A DNA stretch of 64,000 bases from an uncultured Acidobacteriota bacterium (GTDB lineage Bacteria > Acidobacteriota > Terriglobia > Acidiferrales > UBA7541): contig CAVVWI010000006.1 of NCBI GenBank assembly GCA_963751935.1, positions 530,153-594,152 on the forward strand. The letters run 5' to 3'. Every line of letters starts with the position of its first letter. The stretch's first letter is position 1. Below the pieces are notes generated by a model. The model saw nothing but the letters and a program-made list of their open reading frames with translations. It searched no databases and was not told the origin of the DNA. Positions 57,837 through 64,000 of the stretch are shown here, piece after piece. Both the position numbers and the translations under genes were made by a program.

Positions 57837-58175
57837 TTAGGTCGTGGGAATTTTCACTGCCTGAGTTTTTCCGCCGAAGTCCACTTCGACGATTTTGTTG
57901 TTGTCGACCACTACTGTCGTGGCTTCGGGCTTATTTTGGATCTGAACCCACTGCACCGAAACGTGCGCGACCACTTTCCCATCCTCGTTGGTGACCTGAA
58001 GCTCCGTTGCGTTGTCCTTGACCTTCAACTCGTAGTCGCCTTGCTTGAGTTGGGTTCCGGCAATTGTGGTTGAGCCGTCTGAATAGAATGCGACTGAATC
58101 CGTGTGGGCCCAAACGGGAACCGACAGAGCAAGAAGAGCAAGCCCACCTAAGAATTGCTTCGCGTGTAGACGCAT
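57837..58175 (-). CDS. small secreted protein, hypothetical
   Basis: 112 aa. Signal peptide MRLHAKQFLGGLALLALSVPVWA. Beta-rich. Confidence 0.65.
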   Translation of the reverse strand: MRLHAKQFLGGLALLALSVPVWAHTDSVAFYSDGSTTIAGTQLKQGDYELKVKDNATELQVTNEDGKVVAHVSVQWVQIQNKPEATTVVVDNNKIVEVDFGGKTQAVKIPTT

Positions 58176-58507
58176 AGCTGTACCTTCTCCTGTGAAGAAG
58201 TGGAATTACCCGAGGAAAACTGAGCAGGCCTGCCGAGTTCCTGTGGGTGAGCGTCGCGCGGCTGCTTCAATCACCGTGCGATTGCTCACATATTGAGATG
58301 TGGCGCTTTGCCGCGAGGTTTCAGGAATTTCAGGATATTATTTGCGAGGATTTCGCTGCTTTTCTTGCGTCCATTCATCGAAGGTGCCCGGTACGATCTT
58401 CTCCATCTGGCGTCGTCGCCCGCCAGCTGCTTGACGAAGCTCGCGGTTGACAACGGCGCGATCCGGTGCGAATCTTTCGCCATTACTAATTCCCTCGGAG
58501 GGCTCCG

Positions 58508-59206
58508 ATGCAGCCATCGAGGCGACACTGTCTCTATGCATCGCTCGCGCTGCTGGCGTTTTGCGCCCCGGCGCAGCGAACGTTTGCCGAAACTCTGACG
58601 ATCACCAGCTCCCCTCCCGGCGCCACCGTGGAGATTGATGGAATCGCTGCCGGCACAACTCCCTATCACGTCGACTATCCGGGAAGCTATTTTCACAAAC
58701 CCCACACGGTTTTCACCGCCAGGCTCGAGCACGCCATGGTTCTGCGCCTGTCGATGGGCGGATACCTCACCCAGCAAATCACGGTCTCAAGCGGCCCTTT
58801 TGAATGGATCGGCCTCTCCGGCAAACACCACGGCAACTACTTTCTTCTTCGGTCCGATCACTTCGAGATCAAACTCGAACCGATTCACGAGTCAGCCGCA
58901 AGCACAATGGAAACCGGCGCGCGCGCCGGTCCTCTGCCGCCACCTCACACTGGCTCGACCCCTCTCCTTAGCGAGACACACGCTCCTGGCACCGGCAGCG
59001 TGGCGATCGCTTCCGATCCTGCCGGCGCGGAAATCTACATTGACGGGAAATTCGTGGGTCAGACGCCTTCGACGATTCGCTTGCCCAGCGGCGCGCACCG
59101 CATCGAAGTGAAGTCGCAGGGGAAACAGAATTGGCAGCGGGATCTCGAGGTTTTGAAAGACAGCGAGCTTACGTTGCATCCGGTGCTGGCCGAAGGTCAA
59201 CCTTAA
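58508..59206 (+). CDS. PEGA-domain protein
   Basis: Two PEGA motifs: ITSSPPGATVEIDGIAAGTTPY and IASDPAGAEIYIDGKFVGQTPSTIRLPSGAHRIEV. Confidence 0.8.
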   Translation: MQPSRRHCLYASLALLAFCAPAQRTFAETLTITSSPPGATVEIDGIAAGTTPYHVDYPGSYFHKPHTVFTARLEHAMVLRLSMGGYLTQQITVSSGPFEWIGLSGKHHGNYFLLRSDHFEIKLEPIHESAASTMETGARAGPLPPPHTGSTPLLSETHAPGTGSVAIASDPAGAEIYIDGKFVGQTPSTIRLPSGAHRIEVKSQGKQNWQRDLEVLKDSELTLHPVLAEGQP

Positions 59207-59255
59207 GCGTCGGCGTCGGGCTCGATCGTCTCACTGAGAACCCAGAACGACTCCG

Positions 59256-60887
59256 CTACTCCCACGGGCCGGAATAGATTGCCGCTGCGATTTCGCCCAC
59301 TGCCTGGCCCACCACCATCTGCGGCGCGTCGGGATCGTCGAGCGGCAACGACACTCGGTTCGCATAGACGGCGAACGCTAGATGGCGGCCATCCGGCGTC
59401 GTCGTGTAACCGGCAAGCCCTTTGGCGTTGAGCATCACGTTCTTGTTGAGCGCGTCGTACGAGCCGAACGTCCCGGTCTTCGCAAAGACGTGACCCGCGG
59501 CAGGCGAATCGATCTGGATCTTGAAGAGCGTGCCATCGCGGCCCAGAATCGGCAGCGCGTTCTTGAAAACGGCAAAATCCTTCTGCTTCGACATGAACGC
59601 GAGGTAATGCACTACAAAGTCGGGCGTGAAGTACGCGGAAGGTGCGCCGCCTGCGCCGTCCGCTTGTGAAGCGGCCGTTAGATCGAGTCCGGCCTTGGCA
59701 AGAAAATCGTGCTCCAGGTCGAAGCCGGCCTGCTCGCTATCCGTCGTTTTATGCGCCAGCACCGCTCCGAGAATCGACGGAGTCATGCTGGCGTGCAGGT
59801 TTTGACTCACCTTCAGCGTTACCTTCACCTCCTCGGATAAGGGCAGCGAGACGTGCTCGGCCACCAGATTCTCCAGAGTGTACGAGCTCGACGCCGCTTT
59901 GAAATCCGGCTTCGGGACGAGAGCCGGAAACTTGGCCGCGATTCCCTTTTCTCGCAGCGCTTCTACGAGCGTCACCTCGGCGAATCGGCTGGGCTCCGGC
60001 ACGTGGTAGGCGAAGAGAATCGGCGCATGTCTCGCGGGAAAAGTGCCGGCCAGCGTGACGGTGTGCGAACCGTCCGGATTGGCGGTGTCGGTCGACGGCT
60101 CCACGCTCGCGTGGATCTTCGACGCGGACGTGGTCACCTGATTGATGAATGTGACGTACGAGGTTGCGGGCGAAATTTTCAAACTGGTGGCCGAGCCTTC
60201 TTTGTCGCCCGGAGAGATTGTAAGGTCGATCAGATTGTCGTTGACGCAGATCGCAGAGATCACGGCGCCCGTTCCCTCTTCACGATCGCCCTCGGCGAAG
60301 AGGCTCGCATCGACCAGAACGTTGCCCTGAATCTTCTTTATGCCGTGAGAGGCCACCTGGGCGGCAATTTCACGCACTACTAGAAGTGGATCACCGGGAA
60401 CGGCGCGCGTTTCATCTTGGCCCTGGTAGGAATGATCTTCGTTCTCGAACGCGAGACTCCCGTCGGGCTGAATGCGGCCTGACAGATTCGGATCGCCGCT
60501 CGCCACCAAGATTAAATCGCCGTTCAGAGTTCCGTCCGCTGCGATAGGACCAGTCCGATACACGCGCGTGTGAAATCGGTAGTCCGCGCCCAGAAGTTCC
60601 AGCGCAGTGCCTTCGGTGAGAAGTTTCGTGGTCGACGCGGGCGTGAAAAGTTCATCTCCGCGCAGAGCAAACACCACCTTGTCCTCATCGAGCGAATAGA
60701 CTTCCACCCCGAACGTGGCGTGTTTGTATTCGGGACGGCTCTCAATTTCGCTGATCTTTGCCGCGAGCGCGGAATTCTTCTGCGCTTGCGCCGTACAAGA
60801 GCTGGCGAGAGCCCACAAACCCACAGCGAGCGAAGCAACCGCAAGAATCAGCTTCTTGTGGGGCAATCTCATGAGTTGTTCCTTCAT
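59256..60887 (-). CDS. dacB: D-alanyl-D-alanine carboxypeptidase/endopeptidase (PBP4, S13 family)
   Basis: SxxK motif in TPASTTKLLT. Length and domain order match PBP4. The ATG overlaps the stop of the upstream rpiR-like gene (ATGA). Confidence 0.85.
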   Translation of the reverse strand: MKEQLMRLPHKKLILAVASLAVGLWALASSCTAQAQKNSALAAKISEIESRPEYKHATFGVEVYSLDEDKVVFALRGDELFTPASTTKLLTEGTALELLGADYRFHTRVYRTGPIAADGTLNGDLILVASGDPNLSGRIQPDGSLAFENEDHSYQGQDETRAVPGDPLLVVREIAAQVASHGIKKIQGNVLVDASLFAEGDREEGTGAVISAICVNDNLIDLTISPGDKEGSATSLKISPATSYVTFINQVTTSASKIHASVEPSTDTANPDGSHTVTLAGTFPARHAPILFAYHVPEPSRFAEVTLVEALREKGIAAKFPALVPKPDFKAASSSYTLENLVAEHVSLPLSEEVKVTLKVSQNLHASMTPSILGAVLAHKTTDSEQAGFDLEHDFLAKAGLDLTAASQADGAGGAPSAYFTPDFVVHYLAFMSKQKDFAVFKNALPILGRDGTLFKIQIDSPAAGHVFAKTGTFGSYDALNKNVMLNAKGLAGYTTTPDGRHLAFAVYANRVSLPLDDPDAPQMVVGQAVGEIAAAIYSGPWE

Positions 60888-61792
60888 ACCTCGTACCAGC
60901 GGAAGCCAACTCGCTGTTCAGCTTCGGCTTGCTTGAGCAGGGAGAGCGTGCGGCCGCGCCGGTAATTGGCGCAGGCCACGAGCAGCACGTTGATCAACGC
61001 AAGCGGCGCAACGTAGGACGCCCCGAAGGATGGCGTCTCAACCGACGCGAGAAAGCATTCATCCGCGAATCGAGCGACGGGCGAAACGAACGTATCCGTG
61101 ATCCCCACGCAGTAAGCACCGCGCGCGGACGCCGCCTGCATTCCTTCCACGGTTTGCCGCAGGCCGCGGCGAAAACTAATCGCGAAGACCAGGTCGCCGC
61201 GCCCTATGTTGCGCGAGGTGTGCGTCACGAGCCCTGCGGTGGTGGCGGTGATCACAGTGAAGCCGAGCACCGTCAAGTGGTACTCGAAGTACGCCACCAG
61301 CGTCGAGGCCAGATCGCCGCCGATCATGAGAATTCGGTTTGCCGCATGGACTCTGCGAGCAAGCGCCTCGACGCGTTTGTATTCGAGGCTGTTCCGCAAT
61401 GCTTGCAGATTGCGGCTCTCCTGTTCGAGCGACTCCCGGGCATGGGCGGGGATGCTCGAATCCGGCGTTGAGCTCGCGCGCATCAAGTCAAACGACGTGG
61501 CGTGCGCGATCGACAACTCGTGCAGGAATCGCTGGAACTCGCGATAGCCGGTAAAGCCCATCGCGCGAACAACACGCACGATCGTCGCGGGATCGGAGTT
61601 CAGCCGCTTCGCGAGGCTGCGAACGCTCAGCAGCACGAATTCGCGCGGGCTTTCCACCACGGGCCGAATCACTTCCTGGCGCTTGTGGCTGAGTTTGCCA
61701 ATCAATTCCGCGAGACTCGACCGCGACCCAGGTCGGGAGCGCTTGATCGTTGTCGGCATGGCGCCAGAGCATTCCCCAGAAGCAATCGCCAT
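60884..61792 (-). CDS. MurR/RpiR-family transcriptional regulator (HTH_6 plus SIS domain)
   Basis: LSVRSLAKRLNSDPATIVRVVRAMGFTGYREFQRFL HTH and a SIS-like GGDLASTL...ISFRRG region. The start may be Met12 (61759). Confidence 0.85.
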   Translation of the reverse strand: MAIASGECSGAMPTTIKRSRPGSRSSLAELIGKLSHKRQEVIRPVVESPREFVLLSVRSLAKRLNSDPATIVRVVRAMGFTGYREFQRFLHELSIAHATSFDLMRASSTPDSSIPAHARESLEQESRNLQALRNSLEYKRVEALARRVHAANRILMIGGDLASTLVAYFEYHLTVLGFTVITATTAGLVTHTSRNIGRGDLVFAISFRRGLRQTVEGMQAASARGAYCVGITDTFVSPVARFADECFLASVETPSFGASYVAPLALINVLLVACANYRRGRTLSLLKQAEAEQRVGFRWYEV

Positions 61793-61951
61793 GTCAAGCG
61801 TGGTGGATTAAGGGTAGTGTCTCAGTTTGAATCTCGGGACTGGGAAACGGACCTCTGGTTAATGGCCACACCGACAATACGGCGCGCAGATAGTTTCAAC
61901 CTCCCGCGCGACGTCGGCGCAAAGTATTCTGGTAGGAGGGAGGTTTGCTGC

Positions 61952-62485
61952 ATGGCAAAACTTGTCTACGGATTGAGCCAGTCCCTCGATGGCTACGTCG
62001 ACCACATGAAGCTTGGGCCGCCTGTGCCCGCGGCCTTCCGTCACTTCATCGAGCAGGTGCGTGGCCTGACGGGTCTTATCTACGGTCGCCGCATGTACGA
62101 GATCATGCGTTATTGGGACGAAGATCTTCCTGCTTGGGACGCGGAGGACCGCGACTTCGCGGTGGCGTGGCGGCGCCAGCCGAAGTGGGTCGTGTCGCGT
62201 TCCCTCAAGTCAGTTGGCCCCAACGCCACGCTTGTGGCGGATGGCTTCGAGACGGTGATACGCAGGCTGAAGGCTGAGCTGGCTGGTGAGATTCATGTTG
62301 GCGGACCAGTCCTGGCGCAAAGCCTGACCGAGACCGGTCTCATCGATGAGTATCGACTCTACCTCCGCCCCGTCGTGCTTGGTAGTGGCAAGCCATTCTT
62401 CGCCGGCCCCAGGCCGCCGCTTCACCTGGTGGCCAGCGATTTAATCGCCGATGACTTGATTCGGTTGACGTACGTTCCTGCTTAA
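61952..62485 (+). CDS. dihydrofolate-reductase-family (RibD C-terminal domain) protein
   Basis: MAKLVYGLSQSLDGYV ... GEIHVGGPVLAQSL...IDEYRLYLRPVVLGSGKPFF. GGAGGGAGG RBS. Confidence 0.8.
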   Translation: MAKLVYGLSQSLDGYVDHMKLGPPVPAAFRHFIEQVRGLTGLIYGRRMYEIMRYWDEDLPAWDAEDRDFAVAWRRQPKWVVSRSLKSVGPNATLVADGFETVIRRLKAELAGEIHVGGPVLAQSLTETGLIDEYRLYLRPVVLGSGKPFFAGPRPPLHLVASDLIADDLIRLTYVPA

Positions 62486-62566
62486 TCGCGCGAGGCGCCC
62501 GACGGACTGCGCTCCGAAATTCAAACTGAGACACTACCGGATTAAGTGATGATGAGTAACTTGCTT

Positions 62567-64000
62567 CTAAACTCCAGCGCCGTTTCCAGGGACTCGGCCC
62601 ATCCTCCGCCACACCGCAGCCGACGCCAGTTTCAGATAGCCTTCGAACTCCGAGACCCGCAGAAGTTTCATCAGAAGGCCCAAGAGAAGGATGCCAATCG
62701 CAGTCACAATCGCGAGCACTGCCAGAGCGCCGAGCGGACGCTGCCAGGGGAGAAAACCCTCCGTCCAGCCCGCGAGCGCATAGCACGCCAAGCCCGCGCC
62801 CGCGGAGGCCGCGCTCACTTTTGCGAAGAAAATTACCAACCCGCCCGCTTCGCGATTCTGGGTCCGGCGATTCAGCAGGACGAAAAGAACCAGCGTGTAC
62901 GCGATGATTCCGATCGAGCTAGCGAGCGCCAAGCCGCGATACTGCAGGCGCTGCACGAGAAACCAATACAGCGGCAGGCTCAAACCCGTCATCAGCGTGC
63001 CGGCTACCGCGGGAATGATCGTGTTCCCCGTGGCGTAAAATCCCCTTGCGAGGATGTTCTGGGCGCCCCAGGCAAACATGCCGATCGAGAAATACGAGAG
63101 CGCGACGGCCGTCGCCTGCAAGTCTCCTTCGTGCAGGCGCGTATGCGTAAAAACCAGATGTACGAGCGGCAGCCTTTCCGCGATAGTCAGCGCGGAAATC
63201 GGCACCAGAATGAAAATCAGGGCCCTGAAAGTGGAATTCAGGATCCGGTTGAGATCTTCATGTTTCTTTTCGGAATAGAGCTGGGCAAGGATCGGAAACG
63301 AGGCCACGCCGATGGCTTGTCCGACGAGTCCCAACGGCACCCTCATCAAATTTTTGCCGTAGGTCAGCCAGGTGATCGACCCGTGTTGAAGAAACGACGC
63401 GTAGTGGCGCATGATCCAATCGTCAGCAAAGGTGAGTCCCAGCGCGAGCATGATGGGAATCGACAGCTTGAGGAAGTAACGAAAACCCGGATGCCTTACG
63501 TCGAAATTGGGCGAGAAAACAGCGCGTGCGCGCCCGGCGCCATAAACCTGCAAGAGAAAATTTCCAAGGAAAGCTCCCGCTAGAACGCCTACCGCGAATC
63601 CTGTGATTCCAATCCTGGAAGAAAGCAGAAGGCCGCCCAGGACGATGCACGAGTTATACACAATGGGCGCGAGCGACGGGATGATGAACTGTCCCTTCGC
63701 GTACTGCACGGCGCTGAGAATGCTACCTTCATAGAAGCATATCTGCGCCGGCAGCATCAGCCTCGTCAGGAACACCGCCAGGGCGTGCTCGGACGGGTTG
63801 AATCCGGGGGCGATCGCTTTCATTAGCGGACCGGCGAAGATCTCACCGGCAATGACCAGCGCCACGAGGACGAAACCCATCACAGACACAACCGTCGAGA
63901 ACACGTGCCATCCCTGATCTTCTCGCTCTTCCGCGACGTACTTCGCGAAGACGGGGATGAAGGTGATGCTGAGTGAGCCTCCCGCGATCAGATAGTTGAG
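62567..64000 (-). CDS. murJ: lipid II flippase MurJ (5' end beyond the window)
   Basis: MurJ/MviN pattern (LMLPAQICFYEGSILSAVQYAKGQFIIPSLAPIVYN...). The reading frame stays open to position 64000 (LNYLIAGGSLSITFIPVFAKY...). Confidence 0.85.
   Translation of the reverse strand, partial: LNYLIAGGSLSITFIPVFAKYVAEEREDQGWHVFSTVVSVMGFVLVALVIAGEIFAGPLMKAIAPGFNPSEHALAVFLTRLMLPAQICFYEGSILSAVQYAKGQFIIPSLAPIVYNSCIVLGGLLLSSRIGITGFAVGVLAGAFLGNFLLQVYGAGRARAVFSPNFDVRHPGFRYFLKLSIPIMLALGLTFADDWIMRHYASFLQHGSITWLTYGKNLMRVPLGLVGQAIGVASFPILAQLYSEKKHEDLNRILNSTFRALIFILVPISALTIAERLPLVHLVFTHTRLHEGDLQATAVALSYFSIGMFAWGAQNILARGFYATGNTIIPAVAGTLMTGLSLPLYWFLVQRLQYRGLALASSIGIIAYTLVLFVLLNRRTQNREAGGLVIFFAKVSAASAGAGLACYALAGWTEGFLPWQRPLGALAVLAIVTAIGILLLGLLMKLLRVSEFEGYLKLASAAVWRRMGRVPGNGAGV

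Overview
GC-rich bacterial chromosomal segment. Three ADOP/MacB-like duplicated orphan permeases, many secreted peptidases, PadR operons and characteristic REP-like intergenic repeats suggest Acidobacteriota; this is inference, as no search was run. The window has three parts. (1) 1-13.9 kb is accessory and mobile DNA. It starts with a prophage-like remnant holding a terS-like gene and a FimB/E-sized tyrosine recombinase bracketed by inverted repeats. An ADOP permease follows. Then comes a roughly 7.4-kb integrative replicon ending 6 nt before tRNA-His(GUG): iterons, PrimPol-helicase, CSD, two unlisted RHH genes, a 271-aa/ParB-like pair, xis, a probably leaderless 232-aa gene and the integrase. 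(2) 14-50.7 kb is ordinary-looking chromosome. It is rich in exported peptidases (S10, S9 x2, S53, M61) and also carries a TonB-dependent receptor, a PadR-controlled ABC exporter operon, two tandem CrtI-family oxidoreductases, a GcvT-like gene and cydAB. It also encodes a secreted protein whose N-terminus looks like a TIMP/NTR metalloprotease-inhibitor module. (3) 50.7-55.6 kb is a lower-GC islet of orphan genes peppered with REP-type repeats, followed by housekeeping genes (S9 peptidase, PEGA protein, dacB, rpiR-like, RibD_C-like, murJ). The candidates most worth follow-up are the satellite/PICI-like layout of the tRNA-His element, its translationally coupled ParB-like/271-aa/RHH module, the inverted-repeat-flanked small recombinase and the TIMP-like protein. 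All family assignments are by-eye motif recognition; no BLAST or HMM search was possible.
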